From: Pirellulales bacterium
Lineage (GTDB): Bacteria > Planctomycetota > Planctomycetia > Pirellulales > UBA1268
Length of the DNA: 64,000 nucleotides
Assembly (NCBI GenBank): GCA_018401745.1
Contig: JAGYJY010000017.1
Span: 88-64,087 of the forward strand
Reading direction: 5' to 3'
Under the pieces are notes generated by a model that searched no databases, was not told where the DNA came from, and worked only from the letters and a program-made list of their open reading frames with translations. The position numbers and the translations under genes are program-made. Positions 31,508 to 41,809 of the stretch are shown one piece after another (the first letter of the stretch is position 1; every line of letters starts with the position of its first letter).

Positions 31508-32056
31508 ATGCGTCACGTCCTCTCTGCAACCGTCCAAAACGTTCCTGGCGTGCTCTCGCACGTCTCGGGAATGCTCGCCTCTCGCGGCTACAACATCGAT
31601 AGTCTGGCGGTGGGGGAGACCGAGAATCCAGGGCTTTCCCGAATGACGTTCGTGCTGCGGGGCGACAACCGCGTGCTCGATCAGGTTCGCCGTCAGCTTG
31701 AGAAAATCGTGACGGTCGTTCAGGTCAACGACATCAGCTCGCGTGACTACGTGGAGCGAGACCTGATGCTGATCAAGGTCTGTGCTCCGGCGGGGGCCGT
31801 GCGGTCGCAGGTCAAGGAGCTGGCCGACATCTTCCGCGGCCGTATTGTCGATGTCTCCGGCGACAGCGTCGTTGTCGAGATCTCGGGCACCGAAAACAAG
31901 ATCGAGGGTTTCATCGACATGATGCGGCCTCTGGGCATCATCGAGCTCGTCCGCACCGGCAGGATCGCCATGGTGCGGGGCGACGAGCCCGGGCCCGTGA
32001 GTGAGGTCAATCTGGCCCCCGCCGATCACGCAATCTCGCCGGAGGCTCTGGCCTGA
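31508..32056 (+). CDS. ilvN: Acetolactate synthase small (regulatory) subunit
   Basis: [52 protein letters not shown]. Confidence 0.95.
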   Translation: MRHVLSATVQNVPGVLSHVSGMLASRGYNIDSLAVGETENPGLSRMTFVLRGDNRVLDQVRRQLEKIVTVVQVNDISSRDYVERDLMLIKVCAPAGAVRSQVKELADIFRGRIVDVSGDSVVVEISGTENKIEGFIDMMRPLGIIELVRTGRIAMVRGDEPGPVSEVNLAPADHAISPEALA

Positions 32057-32144
32057 GGCGATGGCGGTGAAGGCTTCCGAGGCCGCGAAGTTGATGCCGC
32101 CGCAACCGTTTTTTCCTTCCTACAGTCCGTTCCAGGAGAACCAC

Positions 32145-33149
32145 GTGCCCGCCACGATCTATTACGACGCTGACGCCGATCTGAAGCACCTTGCTGGCAA
32201 AACGATTGCTATTCTCGGCTACGGCAGCCAAGGGCATGCCCAGGCTCAGAATCTTCGTGACAGCGGCCTGAACGTGGTTGTGGCCCAGCGGCCGGGCGGC
32301 CCCAACTACGACCTCGCCAAGAGCCACGGCTTCGAGCCGATGAGCGTTGAGGATGCGGTCAAGCAAGCCGACGTGATCAACATCCTGCTGCCCGATGAGC
32401 TGCAGGCTGACGTGTACAAAACGGCGATTAAGCCCAACCTCAAGCCGGGTGCCATCTTGATGGCCAGCCACGGTTTCAACTTCCATTTTGCCCAGGTCGA
32501 GCCGCCTGCCGGCCACGATACGCTCCTGGTGGCTCCCAAGGGCCCTGGCCACCTGGTTCGCAGCGAGTATGAGAAGGGGGGCGGCGTGCCCTGCCTGATC
32601 GCGCTGGGTGAGGGTGCCAGCGAAGCCACCAAGCAGATCGGCCTCGCCTACGCCAAGGGCATCGGTGGCACTCGCGGCGGTGTGATCGAGACCACGATCG
32701 CCGAGGAGACCGAAACCGACCTTTTCGGCGAGCAGGCGGTTCTCTGCGGAGGCGTCTCCGAGCTGATCAAGGCGGGCTTCGACACGCTCGTCGAGGCAGG
32801 CTACCAGCCAGAAATGGCCTACTTTGAGTGCCTCCACGAGATGAAGCTGATCGTCGACCTGCTCTACCAGGGCGGTCTGGAATACATGCGATACAGCGTC
32901 TCCAACACCGCCGAGTATGGTGACTACACACGCGGCAAGCGGGTGATCACCGAAGAGACCCGTGCGGAGATGAAGCGGATCCTCGAGGACATCCGCAGCG
33001 GCCAGTTTGCCCGCGACTGGATCCTCGAGAACCGGGCCGGGGCCGCGAGCTTCAAGGCGACGCGTCGCCGCGAGCGGGAGCACCTGCTCACGGAAACGGG
33101 CCGCTCGCTGCGGAAGATGATGAACTGGATCGATTCCAAGGAGGTCTAG
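32145..33149 (+). CDS. ilvC: Ketol-acid reductoisomerase
   Basis: GTG after AGGAG; [50 protein letters not shown]. Confidence 0.97.
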   Translation: MPATIYYDADADLKHLAGKTIAILGYGSQGHAQAQNLRDSGLNVVVAQRPGGPNYDLAKSHGFEPMSVEDAVKQADVINILLPDELQADVYKTAIKPNLKPGAILMASHGFNFHFAQVEPPAGHDTLLVAPKGPGHLVRSEYEKGGGVPCLIALGEGASEATKQIGLAYAKGIGGTRGGVIETTIAEETETDLFGEQAVLCGGVSELIKAGFDTLVEAGYQPEMAYFECLHEMKLIVDLLYQGGLEYMRYSVSNTAEYGDYTRGKRVITEETRAEMKRILEDIRSGQFARDWILENRAGAASFKATRRREREHLLTETGRSLRKMMNWIDSKEV

Positions 33150-33428
33150 ATGACCCCTGACGAACACGCGAGTCGAACGCTCTACAACGAGCTTGTTCCG
33201 GGAGATCAGGTCGAGGTGGTCCACGGTGTCACCGTGGGCTCCTCGGCAGCCTGGACCACGACCACGACCGGCCGCGTCCTGCGGCGGGAGCGGCGACGTC
33301 ATGGCCTCCATTTCCGCCGCAACAACGACGACAAGGTGTTCTCCGACGTGCTGATCCTCGCCCGTGATGATGGTGAGCTCACGACCGTCACGATCGATGA
33401 ATACACCCGGCTGAAGAAGCTGGCCTGA
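33150..33428 (+). CDS. Small hypothetical beta-rich protein
   Basis: ATG directly after the ilvC stop; typical GC3 codon usage. Confidence 0.65.
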   Translation: MTPDEHASRTLYNELVPGDQVEVVHGVTVGSSAAWTTTTTGRVLRRERRRHGLHFRRNNDDKVFSDVLILARDDGELTTVTIDEYTRLKKLA

Positions 33429-33494
33429 GGCCGAACCGCTTCTGTAGAGGCCGCTCGACGCTGCCCCTCGCTGGTTGTGAGGAGGGGGAAGCGT

Positions 33495-34823
33495 TTAGGC
33501 GACGCGGGCGATCACGCAGGTGAGGTATTCGCCTTCCAGGCAGCTCACGCTGACGGGATGGTCGGCGGCGGCACCGCGGCATTCGAGCATCGAGAGCGAG
33601 CGTCCGCTCCGCTGGGCGACGCCCGAGAGCATCATCAGGAAGTCGTCGCGTGTGACCGCGCCTGAGCAGGAGCAGGTGACGAGAATGCCACCGGGCTCCA
33701 GCAGGTCGACGCCTTGCCGGTTGATGCGGTGATAGGCCCGCAAGGCTTCGCCGTGGCTGCTGCGGTTGCGGGCAAACTTGGGTGGGTCGAGGATCACCAT
33801 TCCGAAGCGTTCGCCGGCCGCCGCGAGGGCGTCGAGTTTCTTAAACGCGTCGGCAGTTTCGACCGTGATGTTGGCGGCGCCGCTGAGCCCGGCGTTGGCC
33901 TCGGCTAGGGCGGTGGCCTTTGCGCTTCCGTCGACAGCGAGCACGCTCGCCGCACCCGCTTTCGCGCAGGCCACAGAAAAGCCTCCGGAATAGCAGAACA
34001 TGTCGAGCACCCGGCGGCCGCCCGCCAGGCTTGCGGCTGCCTGGCGGTTCTCTCGCTGGTCGAGATAAAAGCCTGTTTTTTGGCCCTCGGAGAGGTCAAC
34101 GCCAAACCGCATGCCGTGTTCGTTGATAAACACGGGGCCACCCGGCAGCCGGCCGCGGACGAGTCCGTCGGTCGTTTGCAGCCCTTCGAGCTTCCCAAGG
34201 CCCCGCTCCGCAGACCGCAGCAGAATGCCAGCCGGTCGCACACTCTGCTCGAGCAGATCGCAGATCAGCTCCATTCGGCAGTGCATCACGCGAGCGGTGA
34301 ACTGCACGCAGAGCCACTCACCGAAGCGGTCGACGATCAGGCCTGAGAGGTCGTCTCCCTCGCTGTTGATCAGCCGTGCTGCCGTGGCCCGATCGTCGAG
34401 GCCGAGAAGCCGCCGCAGGGCAACAGCCCGCTCGATCCGTTCTTGCCAGAAGGCGTCGTCGAGCCGTTCGCTGGCCGAAAACGCATAGAGTCGCACGCGG
34501 ATGCGGCTGTCTGGATTCCAGAGGCCACGGGCAACGAAGCTGTTGTCGTGGGTGACCAGGTCGACCACATCCCCCGGGGCAGGCTCGCCTTCGACCCGCA
34601 GCACCGCCGAGTCGAGCACCCAGGGGTGTCGGCCGAAAAAGGGGCGGGCTCGCTTGGGCTTGAGCAGCACGTTCGCGACCGGAAGGCCGGTCAACGCGAC
34701 CTCCACAGGGCCGCCTGTTGCCGCCATCGAGAAAGGGAGGGTCGAGGCTGGCGTCGTTGGAGCGTTGGCAGTCGGAGCGGGCGAAGCGGTGGGTTCGAGG
34801 GACTCGAGATCGTCCTCAGGCAT
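33495..34823 (-). CDS. RlmI/RlmK-family class I SAM-dependent rRNA methyltransferase
   Basis: PUA-like GRHPWV, RLINSEGDDLSGLIVDRF, GQKTGFYLDQRENR, VLDMFCYSGGF, ILDPPKF, TCSCS. Confidence 0.9.
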   Translation of the reverse strand: MPEDDLESLEPTASPAPTANAPTTPASTLPFSMAATGGPVEVALTGLPVANVLLKPKRARPFFGRHPWVLDSAVLRVEGEPAPGDVVDLVTHDNSFVARGLWNPDSRIRVRLYAFSASERLDDAFWQERIERAVALRRLLGLDDRATAARLINSEGDDLSGLIVDRFGEWLCVQFTARVMHCRMELICDLLEQSVRPAGILLRSAERGLGKLEGLQTTDGLVRGRLPGGPVFINEHGMRFGVDLSEGQKTGFYLDQRENRQAAASLAGGRRVLDMFCYSGGFSVACAKAGAASVLAVDGSAKATALAEANAGLSGAANITVETADAFKKLDALAAAGERFGMVILDPPKFARNRSSHGEALRAYHRINRQGVDLLEPGGILVTCSCSGAVTRDDFLMMLSGVAQRSGRSLSMLECRGAAADHPVSVSCLEGEYLTCVIARVA

Positions 34824-37355
34824 GAACGACCTGCTTCGGCTTGGATGACTGCTGCCCCTGCAGCACATGGGGCGCGGGCAGGGAGTCGCTGCCGGGTTCA
34901 CTCTTCACGCGACGCTGGTTGGTCTGGGCGGCCTTCTTGGCTTCCCTTCGCAACACACTCCAGGCAAACACGCCTCCGAGCGGCCCGGAGAGCATCGCCG
35001 GCAGCAGCACCAGGTTGCCGACCAGGGCAATTGTGAGCATCGAGAGCATCATGTAGCCAAATCGCTGTGTGGGCCCAAACGGCGAGAGCGCGAAGACCGA
35101 CAAGCCGATGCCAATCACACCCCAGCTCTGATACATCGCCCGGGCACAGCCCTTGTAGGCGAGCATCGTCGCCTCGCGGCGGTCGAGACCGTCGGAGATG
35201 CCCCGACGGAACCAGAGCATGAAGTGCACGACGTCGTCGACCGTCACGCCAAGCGCCACACTCGGTGCCATCACGGTGCCAATATCGACAAGCAGCGTGC
35301 CCGCGGTAAACGACTTCAGCAGCGAGTTGCCCCAGCCCATGCCGCCAAACACCATGATCGCGGGGAAGGCCGCGGGAATCAGCAGCACGAGGCCTGCGGA
35401 GAAGGCCCGGCAGATCACGACCATCACCGCCACGATGATCAGGAAGTCGACTCCGAAGCCGAGCACCAGACCATCGAGCAGCGAATGCTGCGCCTTGTAG
35501 ACCAGTGGCACGAGGCCGGTGTAGTCGACCTCGATGCCGGTCACGCCGTCGTCGGCAAGCGAGCTAAGAATCGGGTTGATCCGCTCTTTGAGATCCTCCT
35601 GGAAGAGGTCGTATTCCACTTCCTTCGTCGCGCTGACTCGGGCGCTGATTCGCCACAGCTCTCCAGGATTACCGTTGGGAAGCGTGGTTTCACGGAGATA
35701 GTCGCCATCGAGAAACTCGTGGCGATGCGCCTCAAGCCGCCGGTTGAGCACGCTGCGGCGAGTTCGAGCGCCGAGGCCGAAGGCTCGGGCTGCTGCCCCG
35801 CCAATGCCACTGTTGGCACCGCCAAGGTCGAGGCTGCGGCCGAAGGTGACGGTCGAGAGCGAGCTGCCGACCTCATCGAGGTTGCCGATTGCTTCCTGCA
35901 CCTCACCGACGAGCTCCATCCGCTCCAGGAAGTTGAGGTTGCACTCCTCGTCGTCGATCTTGAGCAGGATCTCCATCGGCACCAGCTGGCCGAGGTTGCT
36001 CTCAAGCCACTGATAATCCTGACGAATCTGAGCGTTGGGAGCAAAGAGCCGCATCAGCTGCACGCTCGTCTCCACCCGCGTCATGCCGTAGCCGATGCCG
36101 GCCATCAGGGCGAGGCAGCCCACGGTCGAGAGTGTGTGATGCCGGGTGATCCACTGGCCCACCTTCCACCAGCGGCTCTCCTCGATCGGTCGCCAGGTAT
36201 CTTCCGCTTCGCTGTCGGCAGCCTTGCCGAGCTTGAGCCGCGGTGGGAAGAGCTCCAGGGCTGCGGGCATCAGTGTGATGAGGATGAGAAAGCTCAACAC
36301 AACGCCGATTGCAGAGAAGATGCCGAACATGCGAATCGGGACCAACTCGCTCACTGCGAGCGTGGCCAGGCCAATAGCAGTGGTTCCGGTGGCCAGCGAG
36401 AGGGGCAGCGCGGCGTGGTGCAGGGCCCGGCCAGCTGCCCCTTCTTGAATGCCGGTTTCTGCGATCTGATCGCGGTAGTAGTTGGCCAGATGGATCGCGC
36501 CGCTTGTCGTGGCGACATACACCAGCGACGGCATCGTGAGCAGAATCGCATCGACGGGATACCCTGAGTACCAGACCACCGCCAGGCTCGCGAACATGCT
36601 GTAGACGCCTGAGGCGATCACCAGGCCCACCAGCAGTTTGCTCCGCAGCGAGAGCCAGCTGACGATAAAGCCCACCACGAGCGAGAGTCCGAAAAGGATC
36701 GTAACGCTGCTCTGGCCCGCCTTGTCGATCGCCACATTGTCGACGGGCGGGCCGCCGATATGCAGGCTTTTTCGGGAATCGCACACTCATCAGTGGCGAG
36801 CTGCCTCACCTGGTCGATCGCCCCATGCAGATTGGTGCGGGCGAGATCAGAGAGCGTCAGCACAAGGCAGGTCTGCCGCTCGTCGAGATTGTCGTCGGCC
36901 GACAGTGGCGCAACACCATCGGCGGCCGGCCCGATCAGAGCGCCGGTCAGCCTGCGGATGGCCTCCTCCCGCTCGAGCAGCAACGGCTCGCTGGTCATCA
37001 GGTCGACAGCGCGAGGCCCCGTCTGCACCGTCTTGAAATAGAGCGGCTGGTCGACTCGTGAGGCCTCTTCGGGCGGGGGCAGAAGCTTCGTCGCCATCAG
37101 CTCCAGCCGCGGGTCGCTCATCGTGCAGCCTTCCCAACTGGCGAGAATGAACTCCTCGCCCTGGAAATGCTGCCGGAAAAACTTGTAGACCTGCGTTTCG
37201 GGATACTCGGCCGGCAGCCATCCCTTCACGTCGTTGCGGTTGTTGCCCTTCGCCTTGATCGCGCCGACGACCACCAAGGGCAGCAAAAACACGAGCACCG
37301 CCATGATGGCAACGGCGTGCCGCTGGTAGAAGTTCGGCTTGGAGTGTGACGTCAT
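34816..37355 (-). CDS. MMPL/RND family transporter; apparent frameshift near 36770
   Basis: Two repeats of TM bundle plus periplasmic loop; SGAIHLANYY, TTAIGLATL, SVALGVTVDDVVHF, LVGNLVLLPAML. The N-terminus is in ORF 36618..37388. Confidence 0.87.
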
Positions 37356-37459
37356 ATCCTTCCACCGAGGGGCGTGGCCGCGGCTCACCGTTCCTTCCGC
37401 TCAACCAAACGGTACAGGTCGCGTTCGGGGCAGTCCATATGTCTCCGGCCCGCTCATCC

Positions 37460-37852
37460 TCAAAAAATCGGTTTCTTCCCAGGTGTTGGCGGTTTAACAC
37501 ACGCAGTTTCGCTGACGTGCGCTGTTTTCGCAGCCGCTGCGACCGGTTGCCGCTCGTTGTCGGAGGGGTGGGCTGCCTGTTCGGCGGCCACAAACTCATG
37601 CTGCCGATGCGATCCGTCGCAGAATGGCCTTGTGCTGCTGTGCCCGCAGCGACAGAGGGCAATCGCCCGCGTGCCCCCGGGAGGCGTGAATGCCTCCCCG
37701 AGATGGTCGGTCACCTGCAGTTTCAGGCCCGGCCGAGAGGTCTCGTGGGGCATCTCGACCACCAGCGGGCCGTTTTCACGGCAGCGAATCGTGACGGTGT
37801 CGGCAGGGGTTCGCGGGGAGCCACTGCGGTGATTCGCTCGCTGCTCGCTCAT
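37460..37852 (-). CDS. CDGSH iron-sulfur domain protein
   Basis: ENGPLVV...IALCRCGHSSTRPFCDGSH. Confidence 0.9.
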   Translation of the reverse strand: MSEQRANHRSGSPRTPADTVTIRCRENGPLVVEMPHETSRPGLKLQVTDHLGEAFTPPGGTRAIALCRCGHSSTRPFCDGSHRQHEFVAAEQAAHPSDNERQPVAAAAKTAHVSETACVKPPTPGKKPIF

Positions 37853-37863
37853 CACACACGGCC

Positions 37864-39247
37864 TCAGGGGCTTGCGCCTTCTGCCGTCGGTCCTGTGGCT
37901 GCTGGCTTTGTGGTGTCGACGATGTCGATCCACAGCCGCACGTAGCCTTCCGGAGGGATCAGCTTCGGCGGCGGTGGAACGTCGATGGCGGCTGCCGTCG
38001 GCGCCGCCATTTTGAGCGCCATCGCGACTGGAGGAGGAGCCGCCTCCGCCGGAGCAGCCGCGATACCGGCAGCCTCGGGCACCGCGATCCGGGCCGAGCG
38101 GCCACCAAGGCTGCGTGCCTGGGGCAGCGGTGCGTCCGCCTGGGCAATCGCCGCGATCGGCGGAGCGGCTTCTTCGGGCGTCGCGGCAGCCTCAGCAACA
38201 GGCCGCGTCGCCGCCGCGACATCAGCAGGAGGTGCTGGATCTGCCGCTCTCCGCATCGCCCGCGGCATGGCCGCTTGGCCGCTGGCCAGGGCCTCGGGCG
38301 GTGGCTGCAGTTCGGTGGCCGTTTCCACCTCGGCATCGGCAGCGGCGAGCATCGGCTCCGCGACAGGCCCGCGTCGCTCCAGGCGTTCGATCGCCTCGCG
38401 CGACAAAGAGCCTGCCTGCACCACCACGCTGCCAGAGGAAACCGACAGGGTTTCCAGCAGGCGATCGACCTCCGCGGCCCGGCCAAAGCAGCCAATCCGC
38501 TCCACGCGGCCCCCTTCCATGGTCTCCTCACGGTCGAGCCGCACGCGGCTGCGGGCAAGAAGTTCTTCGAACTGGCGTCGGCCTTCGCGATCCCCCAGGT
38601 GGACGGTCATGTGCAGGGTGCCCATCGACTTCCTGCCCTCGGTCAGCTCGATGCCGCGGGCAATCATGCGTTCGGCCAAAGCGACCGGATCGATCTCAGG
38701 TCGTTCAGCGACTTCGACACTGAAGGGCCTGTGGGCCTCGGCCGGGAGGTGCATCCACGGCGGGCGGATCACTGAGGTTGAGCATCACGGCGACGAGCAG
38801 GCCCGCGGCCAAAGCCAGCGTCATGGCCGGCTTGAGCCAGCGACGATCGGAGCCGGCTGTTGGGCCTTCGGTGCGGCGAGCTTCGCTGGTTGCCTCTTCA
38901 TCTTCGAGCGCCTCAGCTCGCTCCTGGTCGAGGCGATCCTGCTCGATTCGCTGCCACTCCTCTGCAACCGCCTCATCGACCTCTTCGTCGGTTTCGGTGA
39001 ATGGGTCTTCGCTGCCGGGCTCCAGGCCGGTGATGGCCGACATCACGGCCGAGGTCAGGGATGAGCTTGCCTCCACCGGCTGGTCGCCGGCAGTGGTCAG
39101 CAGCTCCTTGAGTTGGCGGAGCTCCGCCGCAACGTCTGCCAGCGGTGGGTTGGCTCGCACAGCAGCAGCCACCGCGTCGGCTTCCTCAGCTGGAAGCCGG
39201 CCATCAAGCCAGTCGCTGATCGTCGGTGAATCTGGTTCGAGCGTCAT
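37864..39247 (-). CDS. Probable transmembrane anti-sigma factor with Ala/Pro-rich periplasmic part; apparent frameshift at about 38720-38770
   Basis: ISDWLDGRLPAEEADAVAAAV ASD-like N-terminus, TM segment LALAAGLLVAVML, directly downstream of the ECF gene. Confidence 0.65.
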
Positions 39248-39260
39248 CCTGGCAGCCGTC

Positions 39261-39809
39261 TTACGAGGAACTCGATTCTGCTGTGACGAAAGGCCTGAGC
39301 CGTTCGCGAAGCTCCATGCGGGCTCTGTGGAGCCTGCTGCGGACCGTGCCGACCGGAATGTCGAGGATTCCCGCGATCGACTCGTAGGTTGCGTCTTCCA
39401 TATCGGCCAGAACGACCACCGCTCGATACCGCTGATCGAGTTGGTCCAGCGCCTGCTTCACGGCCTGCTGCCGGTCTGCCTGCTCGAGCCGAGCCGAGAC
39501 GTCGCTCGATTCCGCAACAGGATCGGCAGTCGGGGCAAGTGGCACAGGACGGCGACGCCTGGCAGCCGAGGTCGCCTTGTTGCAGGCAATGCGGTGGAGC
39601 CATGTCGAGAAACTGCTTTTCTGTTGAAACGACTTCAGGCCGCGAAAGGCCGCGATAAACGCTTCCTGTGCGAGATCTTGGGCCGTGTCACGACACCCCA
39701 CAAGCCGTTCGAGCAGACGCAGAATTTGCGGCTGGTGTCGCTCAACAAGCGTGGCGTAGGCCGCGTGATCGCCTGCGAGCACGCGTTCGATGATCTCGCT
39801 GTCCTGCAC
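39261..39809 (-). CDS. ECF RNA polymerase sigma factor
   Basis: AQDLAQEAFIAAF..FQQKSSFSTWLHRIACN; YESIAGILDIPVGTVRSRLHRARMEL. Confidence 0.95.
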   Translation of the reverse strand: MQDSEIIERVLAGDHAAYATLVERHQPQILRLLERLVGCRDTAQDLAQEAFIAAFRGLKSFQQKSSFSTWLHRIACNKATSAARRRRPVPLAPTADPVAESSDVSARLEQADRQQAVKQALDQLDQRYRAVVVLADMEDATYESIAGILDIPVGTVRSRLHRARMELRERLRPFVTAESSSS

Positions 39810-39839
39810 TTTGACGCCTCGAGCGGCAAAAAGATTCCC
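39810..39839 (-). promoter_or_regulatory. Candidate ECF-type promoter GGGAATC-N16-CGTCAAA
   Basis: Minus strand reads GGGAATC tttttgccgctcgagg CGTCAAA GTG, directly before the ECF start codon. Confidence 0.6.
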
Positions 39840-39853
39840 GGAAACGACCAGTG

Positions 39854-40921
39854 TCAGCCTGTTAGGGAGTCGGTGTCAAAGGAAACCCGTGGCGTCCGAC
39901 GAAAGGTGACCACCCAGAGCACGGCGGCAGCCCCGAGCAGCACCAGGGAAATCAGCTGTGAAATGGAAAATGGGGTGCCCAGAGCCGGGGGCTCATCGAC
40001 GCGGATCATTTCGATCAGGATCCGCGAAATCGGGTGGATGGTGAGCACGAGGGCAAACACCTGGCCATCGCGTCGTGCGAGCGGGGTGAAGCAGACGGCA
40101 AGCCACGCGAGCAGCCCGGCGTCGATGGCAGCGTAGAGCTGCGCTGGATGCACTGGCAGGCTCCGGCCCACGGCAGCCGGCGGGAGGTTGGGCAGCAGGC
40201 CTCGCTGCACCTGATCAAACCAGGGCGGGCTCTCGGGCGGGAAGGTGACCGCCCAGGGCAGCTCGCATTCGCCGCCGAAGCAGCAGCCGTTGAGAAAGCA
40301 GCCGACCCGACCCAAGGCCAGCCCCACGAGCAGCCCCGGGGCGATGCAGTCGGCCAGCTGCAGCAGGTCGAGGCCTCGCCGGCGGGCAAACCACCAGGCC
40401 GCCGCGGCCGCGGTTGGCAGCGACCCGAAAACCACCAGACCGCCAGCGGCCACGTTGGCGACGGCCACAAGGCTTTCGGCGAGGGGGCGGCCTCGACCGA
40501 AGAACTGCTCGTGATACTCGATCACGTAGAAAATCCGTGCCCCGACCAGGCCCCAGAGAAAGATCTGGGTGCCGAGGCCCAGCAGGGTGTCGGCGTCGAA
40601 CCCCATCCTGCGGCCACGGACGATCGAAAGCCACGTGCCCGCCGCGACGGCGGCCAGGAGCATCACGCCGTAGCCTCGAATCGGGATGCCCTGGCCGTCG
40701 TCGAGCGCCGGCAGCACCCACACGATCATTCCGCCAATCAGCGAAAGCGGCAGCAGCAGGCTGCGTACGGCGACCGGCCAACCGGATCGCCAGGCGATCC
40801 ACAGCGTGGCAGCGACCGCAGCGACGGCCCACAAGACCAGCAGCAGGCCGAAGCCAAACAGCGGCACGCCAGTCTCCGGATCACCGATCCGCGACGGAAT
40901 GTGAAAGAGCGTGGAGACCAT
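39854..40921 (-). CDS. lgt: Prolipoprotein diacylglyceryl transferase
   Basis: IRGYGVM, GARIFYV, GGLVVFG, GRVGCFLNGCCFG, HPAQLY, RILIEMIR. Confidence 0.93.
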   Translation of the reverse strand: MVSTLFHIPSRIGDPETGVPLFGFGLLLVLWAVAAVAATLWIAWRSGWPVAVRSLLLPLSLIGGMIVWVLPALDDGQGIPIRGYGVMLLAAVAAGTWLSIVRGRRMGFDADTLLGLGTQIFLWGLVGARIFYVIEYHEQFFGRGRPLAESLVAVANVAAGGLVVFGSLPTAAAAAWWFARRRGLDLLQLADCIAPGLLVGLALGRVGCFLNGCCFGGECELPWAVTFPPESPPWFDQVQRGLLPNLPPAAVGRSLPVHPAQLYAAIDAGLLAWLAVCFTPLARRDGQVFALVLTIHPISRILIEMIRVDEPPALGTPFSISQLISLVLLGAAAVLWVVTFRRTPRVSFDTDSLTG

Positions 40922-40951
40922 TCGCGTCGTGCTGGTTGAGGGGAAAACGTC

Positions 40952-41809
40952 TCAGGAGAGAAGCATGTTGTCGATCAGCCGTGTCGGCCCGACCCGGCCG
41001 GCTACCAACGCGATCGCTGGCAGGCTGCGTGCGTCGCCTGGATGCGGCTCGAGGCTGTCTGGGTCGACCACCACCGCATAGTCAACGTCGATCGCTTGGC
41101 GAGCAAGCGGTGCAGCCAGGGCCGCTGTGGCCTCCGCTGCAGTGCCGCCCTGCTGCCAGCAGCTGCGGGCCGAGGCGAGCCCCTCAGAGAGGGCCACCGC
41201 TCGCACGCGATCGTTGCTGCTGAGATACACGTTGCGAGAGCTGAGGGCGAGGCCATCGGGTTCGCGGACAGTCGGGCAGACCACCACATCGATTGGAATC
41301 GCAAGGTCACGAACCATTCGCCGCACCACCACGGCCTGCTGCCAGTCTTTGGCACCGAAGAAGGCAGCGTCAGCGGGCACCATCGAGAAGAGCTTACAGA
41401 CGACGGTGGCCACACCCTGGAAGTGGTGGGGCCGATGCTCGCCTTCCCAGCGGCGGCTCGGGCCATCCACCACCACCCGCGTGGCATCGCCAGGGGGATA
41501 GAGGGCTTCGGTCGGCGGTGCATAGACCCATCGCACGCCAGCCTCGGCGAGCAGCCTGCAGTCGGCGTCGAGCGATCGCGGGTAGCGGTCAAAGTCTTCG
41601 CCAGGACCGAACTGGGTCGGGTTGACGAAGATCGAGACCACCACGTCGTCGCAGTCGGCTGCCGCCTTGACGAGGCTGACATGGCCCGCATGCAGAGCGC
41701 CCATGGTTGGCACAAAGCCGACCCGCCTGCCGGCCGCTCTCGCCGCAAGCACCGTGCGGCGGATCGTTGCCGGGTCGTTTTCGATCACCAGGGTGGCTGC
41801 CTTGGGCAT
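40952..41809 (-). CDS. panC: Pantoate--beta-alanine ligase
   Basis: GFVPTMGALHAGH, SIFVNPTQF, FFGAKDWQQ, REPDGLALSSRN, RLIDN. Confidence 0.97.
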   Translation of the reverse strand: MPKAATLVIENDPATIRRTVLAARAAGRRVGFVPTMGALHAGHVSLVKAAADCDDVVVSIFVNPTQFGPGEDFDRYPRSLDADCRLLAEAGVRWVYAPPTEALYPPGDATRVVVDGPSRRWEGEHRPHHFQGVATVVCKLFSMVPADAAFFGAKDWQQAVVVRRMVRDLAIPIDVVVCPTVREPDGLALSSRNVYLSSNDRVRAVALSEGLASARSCWQQGGTAAEATAALAAPLARQAIDVDYAVVVDPDSLEPHPGDARSLPAIALVAGRVGPTRLIDNMLLS

